Source: Raillietiella orientalis (taxonomy: Eukaryota). From it: a DNA stretch of 64,000 nucleotides. Position 1 is the first letter of the stretch. Every line of letters begins with the position of its first letter. This document shows positions 21,701-36,520 of the stretch, one piece after another. The stretch covers positions 2,790,001 to 2,854,000 of the forward strand of contig JAYWIR010000008.1 of assembly GCA_036172245.1 (NCBI GenBank), given 5' to 3'. Made by a program: the position numbers and the translations under genes. Under the pieces are notes generated by a model. That model was not told where the DNA came from, made no database searches, and was given only the letters and a program-made list of their open reading frames with translations.

Positions 21701-24534
21701 CCGGTAAATGCCTACAGAATTTACGCACAGAAATTTGATGTTGGACACTTGCGATTCCAGGAAACACCTAAAGGAAACACCTCGATAACCAAGGAGACGA
21801 ACTGAACTTCTCACGATCTTTACCGAACGTTCTCAATGGAATTTTTCTTCCATTTTTTATTTGGCTCATTCATTATTTAGGGGAATGATTTTAGCAACTA
21901 TCCTTTTTGGAAACTTTTCTCCTTGTGCAAGGTGTTCATTTATTTGTCTTTGTTTTTTTTTTTTTTTTTTTAAAAAAACAAAAAAACCTAACACCAAACT
22001 TCTTTACAGTTCAAAATGTGTCTCTCGCTGCATGTTGAGAAGAAGGAATCTGCTACCAGGAGCGGACATGGGTTATCAGGATGCACCCTTCGAGCAGTCA
22101 AATGGCCTGCGGCATTTCGGGAGCAGGCCGAGATCTCATGCAGCGCAGAATGAGAAGCATTTGATGATGGCCGTGAGTTGCTGCTCTCCCAGAAAAAAAA
22201 ACATCCCCGCAGCCAGCAGAAATCTTTACGAGACGTGCTTGTTCTCCCTGGAGCCTGAATGGTCTGTGGAGACTTGAGAGAGAGGCAGAGAAGTAAATCA
22301 GATGTTCCAACCTTGAGCGCAGGGGACGAGACGATGAGGATCGACGTTAAGACTTACTCCTGCAGTTGAGGCATACAGGAAAAGTACATTATGCAAAATC
22401 GTCTTCACTCTGGCGTGCCCAAAACCGCAGAATTTTGCATTCAGGCCATTCTGCTGAAGACATCAATGGCTCATTGAACGCTCGCTCGTCGATTTATCAT
22501 GATTTCATGTAATTATGCCGCAAGAGGCTACTGGGCGACCAGCGGTGGTCGTACCCTTTAGCATTTGCCCGAATCAGCCTTGTAAACAACTCCTGGATAC
22601 ACCTTATTAAAGGAAACCCTCCCGAGCTAATCTTGCAATCGCTAATTCAGGAAATCCCCTCCACGTGTATGCATAGTACGTAAGGTATTGTGGGATAATT
22701 GCCACAAGGTAACAAGGCATATTTTCTCCCATTAGTTTGCTGATAGTCCAGATAGACAAGAGTGACCCCTGCGAGATAATCAAGCATTAAAGCAACCAGT
22801 TCATGAAACCAAACAAAAACATCTACTGCAAGTATGGCCTTTTTTTTTTTTTTTTTTGGCCACATGGGACGGAACTACCACGAAGTCAGCAATAGTAACT
22901 TCGGGTGAACTTTGCCCCGCTGCAAGAATGCACTCCGTAACCCGCGCTGCACCACCACATGCTCTGTACAGCCGAAATGCCTCAAGCAAAGTCTTTTCCG
23001 CGTACAAGAACGCGTTGATTTGGAGGAAAATCCCGGAGCTGTGTTTTCGATCAGATTCCTTTGACGTCAAAAATTCCGTAAAGGGGACGGGCTGGCCCGC
23101 TCACCTCACACTGTACACCACGTTCTTCGCAACTTCCCCTCCCAAAATCTCTCTTTTCCTCATCTCGAACACCTCCCGTCTTGCACCCAATTAGCTCGCA
23201 ATGCCGCAGATAACTCATCAGGGAGATTCGCTGAACCCCATCAAACAAAACACGAGCTGGACCGTTGTTCACCTTTTCTTGTTCGTCGATGGCTGCCTGC
23301 ACTGCTGATCTCCCTCAAAAATTTGACGCCTTCTTTCGGGAGGGAGCAGACTTTGCTTCTGAAAGAAAGCCGATTCAGCCTCCAAGCGTTCATTTCATGG
23401 TTATTGAAGCAATTTTCGAGAATACCGAGTTTCACGTGCCCTTAAGGATGAACAGGGAAGCACCGCTCTTCCATTTTCCTGATACCTAAAATCTTTTCCT
23501 TTTTTACTTAAGGGTTCCGATGAATCTTCCTGATGCAAGCCGTTCCTTTCGGAAACTTTTGTTTGCAAAATAACAACACGTTACACCTCATCTAAACCAC
23601 ATCTTCTAATGGCACAGGTTAGGTCTTTCACAGTGGGCATTAGAATTAGAAATGGCATCTTATAGTGGTCACTCTAAGATAGCTCGTCGCATAAGAGAAT
23701 GCGCTGTTTTTTAGGTGCTTTTTGTTATGCTGAACATTCCTCAACAGAGTGCAACTAGAAAATACCTCTTTTGCAATAGAGTACCGACTCTAGAAATAAT
23801 GCCTTTTCCACATGAACGCTGCAGATTTACACTCCTGATGGGTAGTAAATAAGTACATCGTGTCAAGTGATCCTTCAGCAAAATGCCTCCATCATGCAGC
23901 ATGCAAATCATCACCATTGCCGAAGAACACTCTTTTGCACAAACAATTCTGCATTACTTTTCAATGACCCACACAATCGCAACATTAATTGACGTATCTT
24001 CTGGAAAATTCGACTTTACCTACATCCATAAAACCAATTAGATCTCCTACCCATCAGCTGCTTTGCTGTTAGGATGGCTTTATTAACTAATTTTTCCATA
24101 TATCCATACCATGTTTGGCCTTATCAAAATATACTGTCAAATACAGCATCGTGATAAGGGGTTATTGTGGATAAACAAAAATTCAAAGACTCATACTGTC
24201 ACTACATGTAGTCACAAAGTCTCATCTATGATAAGGATATACATCAAGAGTTGCAGCACAGTACACATTAATTATCATGGATCATGCTGCAATTTTAGTA
24301 GAAAGCCAATGTAACTTATGTGAAGCGTGTACAATTAGTTGGGAGGGAATGATATCATGGAATTCACCTTAGTGTTGGCTAGTAATTTCTTTGCTAGCAT
24401 CAGATCTAATAACGAATATCTGACATATATATTTTGGGTGCACTGTGAATATAATGGTTGTAAAGACAAAACCTGGCAAATATTAGGAAAGAAAAAAATA
24501 AAAATGAAAACTGGAATGCATCCATTGTCTAAAG

Positions 24535-27500
24535 CTAAGCAGATGCACTATCAGCAAAGCTGTTTTCCTCGGATTTTCTCTGGGTCAATTTTTCGGCATC
24601 TGTCTGATTGGATAACTGTCCGCATGGAAGGTTGCTTGCTTTCGATATTTCACTATCTGAACATGACAGTGGAACTCCAAACTGCTTGGAGAAATGCGCT
24701 GATTCTACGGTGGCAGCACGTTGCATCCGTCCTGTTTTGGGATTGCAAGGTTCATTGGTATTTGACTGCGTTTCTGCTGATGAAAACTTGTCACGGATAC
24801 AGGATGCTCCTAGTGGTAGTTCCGGACCTCCAGAGTATATTTCCAGAAAGAATTTCCATAATTTTTCTGGTGTTTGCGCGTAGTCTGAACCTACCACATA
24901 AAAGCAATCATCAAATCATGGCCATGGCAGAATTTTGCTACCTAATTTAAGAGTTGGAACACCATTCTTCATCTGGCATATGGGTGTGTTGTCGATTTCT
25001 GAAGGGGGATCCACGCTGCGACCACGCACAAAGTTCTCCCATGTTCGAAACCAGGACATGCTAAGCGCATACATTGGAATATGTGCACCTTCATCAGCCT
25101 ATAACAATGCTTTTTAAATTTATGAGCAATGATGTAATGATATCTACCGTATATATACGGCTCACTTCTTCGTACTCATGACATTGGCGAAGTTTTAATA
25201 ATTCTTGCTGCTGTTGGCAAATCGGACAAACATATAGTCGATTACAAGCTGGGCCACCCCCAAAGCTGGAGTTCCAAATGACTGTGCTTATGACAGCATA
25301 AGCTTACCTACGGAGCAAATATTCCCAAACTCCCTGCTTGAGTTCCACACACAAATCAAGAATCTGAAGTTCCTTAAAAGGATGAACACCTCCATGCGGA
25401 CAAAGAAAGTCTGAATTGTCAATTGGTCCTGGCTCATCAAAAACCTCAAAGCGCATCAACCACTGGCAAGAGATATAAAAAGAGATAAGACCAGTTTCAT
25501 GTCGACACAATTCAGATATATTAGCCAGTCTAAAACGGTGTTTTTCCATGTTTTCACTGCTTTTCCTGCAAAACACATCTTATCTATTATTTTGGCTGAA
25601 CTGACTGACTTATAAAAGAGCACGTAAGCTTCACTATTCTCTACTGTTTCAGGGGTAACTTCTGTTACACATTGATCATCAAACTCATACCAGCACTTTG
25701 TGACATCATTACACGCATAAGTAACATAGTGGCCACCTCCTACATTACCATGATGACAAATTAGAGCCAGCAGTTTATAGGTGGTCACTTCATTGGCACA
25801 ATCTGACCGAAATAGACCATAACTTCAATACATGGCAGATTTATACCTTTGTGCAGGTAAGGTCGCATATCAAGACCTTCCAGGGGAAAAATGACAGGAC
25901 TGGTTACTTTGGAGCTGAAGATAAGTTCATGACGAAATCGTTTCAAGTGAATGCACATGACTTCAGGCAGCTCAAGCAATTTGGAGTATTTCATGCCATT
26001 ACGCAATTTGCAGCAACGTTCACAGCTTAATTCCACTTGCTCAGTCATTCTAATAGATCACCTTTACCTGTACATATTATCTCCTTTTAGTTCATCTGCG
26101 GAGAAGAAAGCCGCCAAGCAATCATGGAGGCTGACAGATGGCCCTCCAAACCAACTGCGCACCCATACCCATAACCAATTTATCCAACCCTAGGATGAAT
26201 TACAAACTACTTGAAACAAGAAACGCACCTACTGGCTGAGAAGCATATGTTTCTAGAGAGCCTTTCTGGTGAAGAGTTTGCAAATGCTCTTTATTGGGAA
26301 TGGGTAGTGAAAGATCCTGGAATACTTCTCGACATACGGATACCTGATTCATGCAAAGCTCAGTCAGAATGTACACACAACCCTTACTCTGTTGCAAGTT
26401 AGACACTGTACAGTGCTAACGAGGCGTCCATCAAACACATCAGAGATGATGCTTCGATAGCGAACGGGACGCTTGCGCTGTAGCAGGATTTTAGAAGTTG
26501 ATTTCCAATTAGGAGAAGAGCTGCGGCTGGGCAAGTGAAATGCTGGTTTTAAGGCACGATTACGGGGATGTTCAGGAGGCAAAGAAAAAGATAGGTCCTC
26601 ATTATCCGAGAATGCATCACAGTACAACGTGCCATCTCCCAAACCATCTTCTGCTTTTGAAGCAATGGGTTTTGATTCCAAAGACCCAGCTCCAGCTGCA
26701 GACACAGACAATTCTCCACAGCCTTGGTCTTGCAACAAGTCACAAGCAGCAGAGTCTTTGCTAACAGAATCTTCTTTGTTGACCTCCCTGAGTAAAAATG
26801 CTTAAGGAAAAACTCTTTAAGTACGAAAAAAAAATCTCACAACAATCTTTCTAACTCTTCTGATTCTTCACTTATGGAAGAGTGGCATGACTCAAAGACC
26901 TCATCAGAACCATCATCATCTGAAGACTCATGAATTAGTTCTGATCTTTCTTGCAAAATACCTATGACATCCTACAAAAATGCTGGGGATAGAGTACGAT
27001 TCTGCACCTTTCTTGGAAAGTAGACACGAGGTATCTTTAAATTCTATCACTGGTTCCTTTAATTCCTCATGTAATTGATCCATAAAACACCGCAAAAATT
27101 CCTGAGCATCTTGTTGTTGGTATCCACGAAACATGGGATGCACCTGCTTAAGAACTTCATTCTGTAATTAGTGCTTTTTTGTTACCAAGCGAATACAATG
27201 CAGTATGCTAGAAGGAACAACATAAGCTGGTCTTCTGGTGCTCCACATCTCCCTCATTAACCTGAGATAGTAGCGACTAAGACCTGGTTGTCGATCACTG
27301 GGAATCAAGCAACCAAACTGTAAGAAGTAACGAGTGAGAGGAACTACATTCGAAAGAGCTTGTAATGCTGCATTCATGTAGCATGTGTTCCCAATATTCT
27401 GCAATCCTGTCAGACCTGAAAAATCACCATAAAATCTCATGCAAAACATGTACTCGCAACCTGGAGGCCTCAAGCCACTTTTTCTGTTGTACATAACTTG

Positions 27501-30500
27501 AAAATCACCGAAGAGTTCGAATAATTCATCAAGCGAGGGGACATTTTGAAGAAAATTGAGCTTACTGCCCATCAAGACTTCTGTCTGACACACGTGGCAC
27601 CATACCCTTAAAGATCCCAAATTTAACTGCAAACAGTGTTCTGGTTCATTCTGGAAGAAACAAATATTAATCTAAGGGGCAGTTCTGAAGGAGTTTCCTC
27701 GAAAGTACATCATTAAAAAGACTACGAAGCAAACTCCATTCCTCTATTCTAAAATGAAACCCCGCTACGTCTCGCAAGACCATTTTTCAATTTTTTTGAA
27801 ACACCTTCACAATTCTTGCACGCATTCGTATATCACCTTGAAATTTCCATAAGAAATTTCCATAATAAGGTGATGAATTCCATGAAATTCGGTTCAGAAC
27901 AAATGCGCAACTCGTAGACTTCAAATCACTGAACGATTGGGAGCGAATGTTTTGACTTTGCGGTTCGTAACCCAAGGAAGTCATTTCGTTTCCCCTATAT
28001 GTAAACGATTCTGCTGCGATATGCCGCCACGCCTTTTTACAGTTTGAAATCATTTCGAGAAACCTGAAAATCTCCGTCAAAAGCTTCGTTTGTTTCCATG
28101 AAAACAAACAAAAAGATCCCATTTTACAGATTCGATGTTTCCTTGGAGAGCAGCCTTAGAACTGGGCAATGACGCACCAAAAGCTGACGGGTGAAATTGA
28201 AAAAAACAAAACTCTGCACTCCCACAAAAGACCCATCTGTGCAAGATGACCCTAATAGGTGGCCAGTTGCACTTTTTATGTTTGTCAAGGTCTTCACAAT
28301 GCTTGAAAACTACACGATGCTGTGGCTGAAGTTTTGGACCTTTAATCGGAAGTGGGAGGGAACTCGTTTCAAATGACAAGAGAATATTGTGTTTCCTCCT
28401 CCTATGTCTAAGAGCTTGAGAATTTACGATGCTTGCTCCATTCTACTTACAAACTCTACCGACGGAACGTCATACAAATCGTTTCCGGTCTTTTAATTAC
28501 CGAAAACTGGTAAGGACACCGACCTGATGACTACAAATCTTCAACGGATGCCCTAGGAACCAAGAAGTTCCTTCCTTGCAATCAGTTCCTCTTTATGGCT
28601 TTATGAATCTGGAGATGCAGGTTTCCTTTCATTAACCCTTTGCGCTCACGCCATAAGAAAGCAGTGCCTAATGCATCACTCAAATTTTAAGCAATACCTC
28701 CAAACATCCACAAACAAAAAACGAAACTCAGTAGAGCATAGGAATGCAATCCTCAACTGCATGCAGAAACGCAACTGAACGTCACGCAAAAGAAAAACAA
28801 CTGAACTGAGTACATTACGTCGAACAAGAACCAATGAAGACACACTGCCTTTACGAAATAAGCGAACAGATTCATTCAATTATCCACTTGGCCAAAAGTT
28901 GGTTGACCTTCCACCACGTGCCAATAAAGGACACATTAATACAACTTTTTTGTGGGTACCCATTTAGCTGTATCTTTCTTGAACTGGGAATAAAATGCTG
29001 AATGCAACTTCAGCTCGAAACTGCAAACGGACACACACTCTGAAAGTTCGACACTTTTCCCATCTTCAAGGAAACGTTTCAAATAAAAGCCTCCGGTTAG
29101 CATGCCTCCCTGTGTTTACACCGAGTGGCGTTTTCGAAACTTTCAAAACCAACCTGTCCTCTGGTTGTTCTGTGTTTTTGTTCATCTCCGTGCAAAAATT
29201 TTTGCTGCCAAATTTTCGCTCCACGACACAATTTCCTTGGTGTGCAGGTGGAATCGTTCTTGCTTTTGCCATTCGACTACTTTCTCGATAAATGCTTCAA
29301 TGCTGATTGGAATCCATTTTTAATAAACAGAAACGCGGGCAGAGTAATTAGGATTCAATACATAGAAAAAATACGATACGGACTGATCGAAGCACAAAGC
29401 TCTTTTTCACGCTGAGGGTCTCTTCTCTTTTTCGTACATCGAAATGCAAATGCTGCCACTCAGGCGTTTGTGTGTTCACTACTTCTATTGCGGCTTCATA
29501 ACTGCTTTCAAAAGCTTTCTATTAAGCTTGAGAAAAGGGAAGAGGGCAGCTACAAAAAGCTGCTGCTTCCATTACGCGTTGGGTGTCGACGCACGAAGCA
29601 GAAATCCCTTCTCCTGTAATTTCCCTCCAGGGCTCCGCTTTGCCGCAGAATTCCGGCCAACAGGCACATCCAGGCATCCAAGTTGACCCCTTACGTACAC
29701 TTCATCTTCTCATCAGTCCATCAATTCTACGTGCCGCACCGATGCGTTAGTAATAGATCTATCACTAACGCACTGGATAGATCTTCTGGTAGATCGAGAC
29801 TGATCTATTAGAAGCTGGCGGCGTGGTCCACTAGCACGATCTACTGCCGTCGTCAAGATTTTGGCTCGTTGCCATGTCACAACGCGCTCAATCCACATCG
29901 TTTCCGATCTGTTACGAAAACATTCGGTTTCGTAGAAGAATCGACGCCACGGCAACACTGCAAAAGACGTCTTCGCTTTCTAAAGCACCAAACCTCAACC
30001 AGTCTCAACATCCAGACTAACCACACCTGAATGCAACTTGAGGGGTCGGCGTTTCGTTACGTCTGCCAATTTGAATTTCAAAAGAACTTACAAAAAATAA
30101 CAAGAGATAGATGAACAGAAAACAAGCTGAGAATATATCCGGCTGCGAGTAAGCAGAAAACACGAATTCATTGATACGAAGCTCAAAAGAAAAACATAAG
30201 TAAGTCAGTGCATCAGCCATCTTTCACGCAAGCTTTTGGGATATCCAATGCACCAAATACTCTCAGACATAAACGTACGATAATACAGCCGCACCGGACT
30301 ACAATCGTAAAACAGTGTACACACAGCGAGTACTGGGAACGTTTTGGAAACACAACCCTCCCGGGACCTGCTGATTAAGTCGGGCAAAGAATTCAGGACG
30401 CAGCAGAAGATCAAGTAGAAAATCGAATGGCCAACGAATGGCTCTTATGTGATGACCAGAACTTACAGATGTGAGTTCTGGTCTGTCGGTGAACAGCCTG

Positions 30501-33500
30501 ACCGAACCGCTCTTGCAAAAAAAAACAATGGCAGAGCAAGAAAAGAAAAGATCAAAAAAAAAAAAAAATGGAACTGCAGGACATAAGCTAAGAGCAAGCA
30601 CTAAGCTGTTTTGCGTACTTTCAGAGGCTGCCGTTATGCAATTAAGTAAAATAATTAAGGGCGGAATGAGTTTCAATGCCAAAAATTGACACTCTGCAAG
30701 CCAAGCGAGATGCAGACTACTGCCGCATCTCGCTTAGTTTGTTTCTGCAGAGATGAGTACCACGTACACAAGAAACGGTATTCCGGATAAAGCATAGCTG
30801 TTGGGATCCGTTAGGATCGTTCACTTTACGATGTGACATTCCCTACTGAATGCAAAGAATTGAAGCGGGAAGGCTGAAAATTTACTCGTACGTCATTTCG
30901 ATGATTGGAAGCATCACTATAGATTCCACGGTTCATTTCAGGAGTCCTTACTTCACGTTTGTTCTAAAATTCCCCGTTCTCTGAAAATTTTTCCACTTTC
31001 ATATTTTGCAATTATTTGCTCCGTCCTGTTTCCAACAGAACGAAGAAACATAACCTTTTATGCTCGCGCTTGCAGACATGGCGTTTTTTGTGGTTTTCCT
31101 TCCTTCAGCTGACTGATCAATCCAACTCCGATTTCCTTTCCCTTCTGTATCGAATTGAGAACAAATGAGTTCATATTTTCAACACAAGAGCTCTCATAAA
31201 GTTTCGAAAAAAATGTTTGTAATCCGAAAACAGGTGACACCCATCCCTCTAAGGATGGGGGAGGGGGAAGAAAAAAAAAAAAAAAAGAACGACTTTGCAA
31301 AAAACTGAAGACTTTCTCGATGTGAAGAGATCATAAGAATTATCGTGAATAATACTCTTGAGTTAAATGTTAAATCAGCATTTCTGGAATCACATGAGTT
31401 CCAAGGACCAACAGCTGAAGTTTCCGGAAGTGCCGCAAGAAACACAAAAGTCCACACTTTTCTGACGGTTACTCCACACTACATCCAAGAGCAACACGAG
31501 TAGTAATAACAGGTGCAAAGCAACACGTGGTTTCATTCGTTCTGGACCGAACAATCCGATGGCTAGCCGAACCAAAAATCATGAAGTTTCAAGAAGGCAC
31601 TGGACCAAACTTCACGTTCGTAGTAAAGTCAAAGTCCTGGCACACGAGTCGCACAGCAAATCCGATTAAAACGGGCAGGCAGAAACAAACCCCAAAGCTC
31701 TGAGGCAGCCTGCGTCCTGAAAAACCATCCCCCCAAAGCTACAGGCTCTCCTCTTTCTGAGAAAGGGCAAATCATCCTGGGATACAACACGCCGAAACCG
31801 GGTGTCATCGTCTGATAGGACCGAATCAATTTTCTCACCCCACCTCACTGTCATCATGCACGGCGCACACAACTTCACATTTCCTTGCAAAAACCTGCCT
31901 TCAGCTCACGACTTTCAGGCAAAACCACGAAAGTTTGGCATAAACCAAAACACCGCTCGTTTCACGTATGTCTTAGGAAACGACACACAGTGATTCCACT
32001 TTATGACGACGTCATATGTCACACTGCCATCTTTTCTTCCGGGTTGAAACGCGCTTTAACATGAAAACACACCGTCAAATGGCTCATATCTTTACACGTG
32101 AACCTTTAAATTCCCCACTGAAAAAACACAGTGATTGAAGTGATTCGTACTATAGATGAATCTTTTCTTTGAGCTGCAACTTGAACTTGCCAATGGTCAC
32201 GGCTGAATGTTTTTTTAGCTAGGGAATGGGAGCGGAAACGAACTTTTTGCCTTTGTGTAAAACTTTTATAATTTAATAATAGCTGGCAAACAGTTGCACC
32301 CTTTTGACTCGAAATGAATAATCCGAAATCAATCGAAACAGAATCGTCAAATGTACAACTGGCAGCTTGGCTTTTGTACCAACAACATGAAAAATCTCAT
32401 GGGGAAAATCGATCCCTATTATACACAACGGATTAGTTTGTTAATGATTAATCAATTTCCAATCCTATGATCCAAACATCCTAACAGCTGGTATAGGCAC
32501 AACGGCGGAGACCACATTTTCCACCATAAGTCACTGAAATGACAGTGGAGGATTGTAATATTCTTCAGGTCATCAACGCTGCTGCAATCGACGGTCTCCA
32601 AAATATAACCCAATCATGTTCAGAATGTTACCCGGAACAAAGGAATTTATAACTTGCCAAATACTTTTCTGAAATTTGAAAGTGAACTAAACAGGGTCGT
32701 AAATGAACAAAAAGATTCTGGAATTCTTGTTCATGCAAAAAGAAATCCATGAAAATAGTAGGAACGCATACAAGATGGAAAACCGTCTTGAATAAACTTT
32801 TAAATCATTTGAGAATTTCGTCATTCAAGTGAATTGAACAAATCATTTCTTCTTGTATAATACGCATTTTGCATTTTTCTTTCATTCTCTGGATTTCATT
32901 TTTGACGAAATCGGCACATAAATTATAGATCTACATGGTGAGTGCTAATCTAAATTCAAACCCCACCCCACAATGAAAGAATCGTGAAAGAGACATGAAT
33001 TTGGAACAAAATCTATACTAGAATGTACACAAATTCACCAAAGATAATAGGATACAACAGAAATCAAAAACACAAAAAAAGTACTAGGATACAGACTCCT
33101 TAAATATGAATGCAATGCTGGACAGAATATATAAACAACACGGTTTCTTAAACATATCAGCTTCTACATATTCTCAACATCTGTAAATGTGCACATGCAG
33201 AAGTGGCAACAAACAAAAACAAGTACAAAAGACATTTATGGCTTCAATCATGGTTCCAAAAGCTACATTACATTTGCTTAGAAATATATGAAAGGACCAA
33301 CTCAAATTTTCATACCAACTCACTAGCTTACATTCTTCAATCTCTCTGCCTCATTTGAATATTTTGCAAAGTTTTCTAAAAGTCATTTTAGCTTTATTGA
33401 AAATGACTTTTTAAAAACATTTGGATTTTAACAGGCAGTGCAACCATCTTTATACATCTGTAGAACTTAAACTATGCTTTCATTCATGTTGAAAAAGAAA

Positions 33501-35958
33501 TGCTGAAAGAAAAGAAACAATAATCAAATAATGTTCCACCCAAATTAAAGATCCATATACATCAACAAATCCAAGTCCACATGAAATTGGAAAGTAAACA
33601 AAAGACAGTGAAAGGTGACAGGTTTTTATTTAAATAAACAAAACAAAACTCATTAGTTGCATTAGAAAGTATGAAAATTTGTTCTGTGATCGACATTTCT
33701 CAAATTGTATATGGAGTCGGGCTATGAAGCATTGCAAATATAATACTAAATTGTTTTTAATCGTGTATTTTTGGTATGTTGGAGTAAGAAGAAAATTTAA
33801 AAATACGTAACGATCATGGACTACTGATTTTTTTTTCTTCTTCAACTACAGTATACACATAATTAGATGGTAATGCTAAAAGGGTCATTTGTATTACAAA
33901 TAATAATACATAAACGTAAATTTCAAACAAGATCTTTTCTTTCAAGAATCCACTTAACCATAATAACAATTGATAAACTGCTGTTTTTCAAGGCTTAATA
34001 AAAATGCACATGGAACACAACTTTCATTAACACAGAAGACAATTACAAGAAAATTGGGAGTAAATTTTTTTTACAATTGCCGTAATAACTATTTTCAAAA
34101 TTAAATTAAATCATAAGCAATACAATAAGCATTTAAAAAGCACATACAAGCAAGAAAGACATTTTTAAATAATTGGAAATCATTAACGCTGCCTTTCAAC
34201 TAATTTCTAAGTCTTACTTTGTTCCCTACAGTGAATTTTCTGTTTATATGCTTAAAACAAACAAGCCCATGATATAACAGCAACTTGAATGCAATTTTTG
34301 CAGAAACACACATAAGCTGATACCCATTATCAAAGATTATAGCTGCAGACACACAAACACAGACCTTTGATTCGTTTCTGAGATAATTTGTTAAAGAATA
34401 AACAATTTGGAATTAAGATTGTGATTTTGCATTGTTAATATTTGCAAGAACCCTATATCCCAGAACTTTAGATTACACGTTACACTGCTTTCATATTTTT
34501 CACATGAAACCTGAATCAGAGGGAAGCTAAGAATGAGAATGAAACTAGGAATATGGTTCATCTTTGTAAAGAACATGCATTCATGATGATGAAAACTAAA
34601 TTCAAAAGTCTACCTGGAAATGTTTTGTGCTGTGATTTTGTTCTGCTTCTCCACAACCACATGCAAAACACTGTGGATAAAGGCAGAGCCAAATATTATT
34701 GCTAATAATCCCACACCAGTCACATTTGCTAGTCTGAAATGTAAACAATAGAGATTTTACTTTCAAATCTCCAATATTTTCTAAATGCAACATTCCATAA
34801 ATTTAATATAATTTTTAAAAATTCTGTAACTAGCATACGGTGTTCTATTGCAATCTACTAACTTATAAAGTTCTAAGTGGTGAAAATAATAATACATGCA
34901 AAATAATGCTACAAAAGTGCGATGCCATGATTTTTCAAATAATTATTCCAAACTAATCTTATTGATGAATTCACAGCAATGCAAAAAAAAGGAATACATA
35001 ATGGCTTATAGTCTGCAGCTCACATCCATAAATACATAATGCTGTGCAAGAAAAAAAAAAAAGGGAACACACACGTAAAATGAAACTAACTATTCAGCTG
35101 GCAGTTTACTTGTTCATATTAAATGATAAACAATGTTAGACCTATCTTATTATATAAAATAACGAGAATAGTTTTCGAGAATCTTCCTACAGTAATCAAC
35201 AAAATATCTGGAGGTATGAAAAAAAGTTAACACTTGAAAATTCTTACAGTTGGTAAGTTATCAATAAAATACACGGTAATTACAAGCACAAGCTACTTCA
35301 ACAAGAATTCTCTGATTACAAAGAAATCTTTTAAGAATTAAACTTAACATTATTAATGATTCTTCACTCTATTCAATAAAATTTGAATCGAATTCCAAAA
35401 TTAGGAAGCTAATCTTAATTCACATTTGAGAAAATTTAAAGACATATGCACTCTGTAATGCATGCTAACTGAAGATTTACAAAAATTAAAAATTAATCCA
35501 AGCTTAAATCATATTTAGATTACACATTAAATTACTAACGTATCTGGATTATATTCCGAAAACACCAGCTAGCAAGCCAACTCAAAAAACTGAATACAGA
35601 TATTATTCTTAAAAATCCTGTTTCAGTTTTATTGCTTTACTTTGAAAAAGCATCGGCGGTAAAATAATAGTAACTAATAAGAGTGCTGTCTATCGAACAA
35701 TATTTAAAAGTGTCCAGTGGACTGGGAAACAAAAAAGTAATCAGTTCTTGAACTTGAAAGTGTGAATAAATCATTCCTGCAATGGAGTCACTATTATACC
35801 AATCCCTAAACCACAGAAGAGTATTTTTGGTAACCAATAACAGTGACCAGCATTATTTCAAATGGCAAAATTACCTTCTTTTTACTAAGCAGATCTTGTT
35901 TGGAAAGGTTTCCTATGAGTTTGTGATGAACACATTTACTTTCAGCTACTTTGGCCAT
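24535..35958 (-). CDS. USP20: Ubiquitin carboxyl-terminal hydrolase USP20/USP33-like (ZnF-UBP, USP catalytic domain, 2 DUSP), ~924 aa; exons 35958-35875, 34733-34614, 27650-27461, 27415-27186, 27143-27008, 26961-26841, 26787-26388, 26343-26233, 26189-26068, 26025-25847, 25802-25610, 25565-25308, 25265-25148, 25098-24942, 24890-24535
   Basis: N-terminus [24 protein letters not shown] and Zn[35 protein letters not shown]. Cys box [23 protein letters not shown], then [25 protein letters not shown] and [19 protein letters not shown]. His box [21 protein letters not shown], then DUSP motifs [14 protein letters not shown] and YSGGP. All 14 introns are GT-AG, and the phases sum to 2775 nt. The exon 5/6 junction is the least certain. 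Confidence 0.95.
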
Positions 35959-36189
35959 ATAAGATTCTATTCCGGCATGGCGACACATGAGTAATGGAAA
36001 ACTAATTTTCATCCATGTGTAGACAACCTTCCAAGGGTCAGACGTATCTGTTTTGGTTTTCCTCCTCCATTATCTGATTATCTAATGGGGACACACATAA
36101 TGTCACAACCGACGGCATTCACCACCGCAGGAAAAAAAAATGATTGCAAATTAGCACGTCGACAAAAATTCCACAAACTCGAGAGATTT

Positions 36190-36520
36190 CGAGACGTTAC
36201 CTCATATTTTTTTTTCTCGTTTGCGTGCAGTACATTAAGACACGGTCATGGCGACGGCCGGAAATCAAGTGAATACCATTTTTTCTTTCCTTTTTTCTTC
36301 CTTTTTTTTTTTTTTGTGTGTGTGTGTGTATATAAGGCAGGCAGCAGCAGGCAGCGCACGCACGCACCCGCGATTTCAAAACGACAAAGTGCGGCGGCGC
36401 GTTTCGCCCACCGCCGCATGGGAGCGCACGTGACCGCTCGGTGGCACGGAATGGTGCACGCGGGCCGCGTCGCGGTGTGGCAACTCCGACACCATCACAC
36501 TAAAGTTTGCACAGCCCGCT
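36190..36520. promoter_or_regulatory. CpG-rich island / likely USP20 promoter and 5' UTR exon (minus-strand donor GAG|GTAACG at ~36200)
   Basis: A short CpG-dense patch inside otherwise AT-rich, CpG-poor DNA, ~250-550 bp upstream of the USP20 ATG. A TATATAAG lies at ~36329 on the plus strand. Confidence 0.5.

Noticed and set aside
22801..23480. Decayed minus-strand coding-like tract downstream of USP20
   Set aside because: It has stops and frameshifts, and no family motif was recognised.
24339..24950. Plus-strand 203-aa ORF
   Set aside because: It is antisense to the last USP20 exon and 3' UTR and has no protein-like features.
31390..31575. CVSCG-containing ORF as the missing USP20 ZnF exon
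   Set aside because: The true ZnF-UBP exon is at 34733-34614, with a full motif and correct splice phase.
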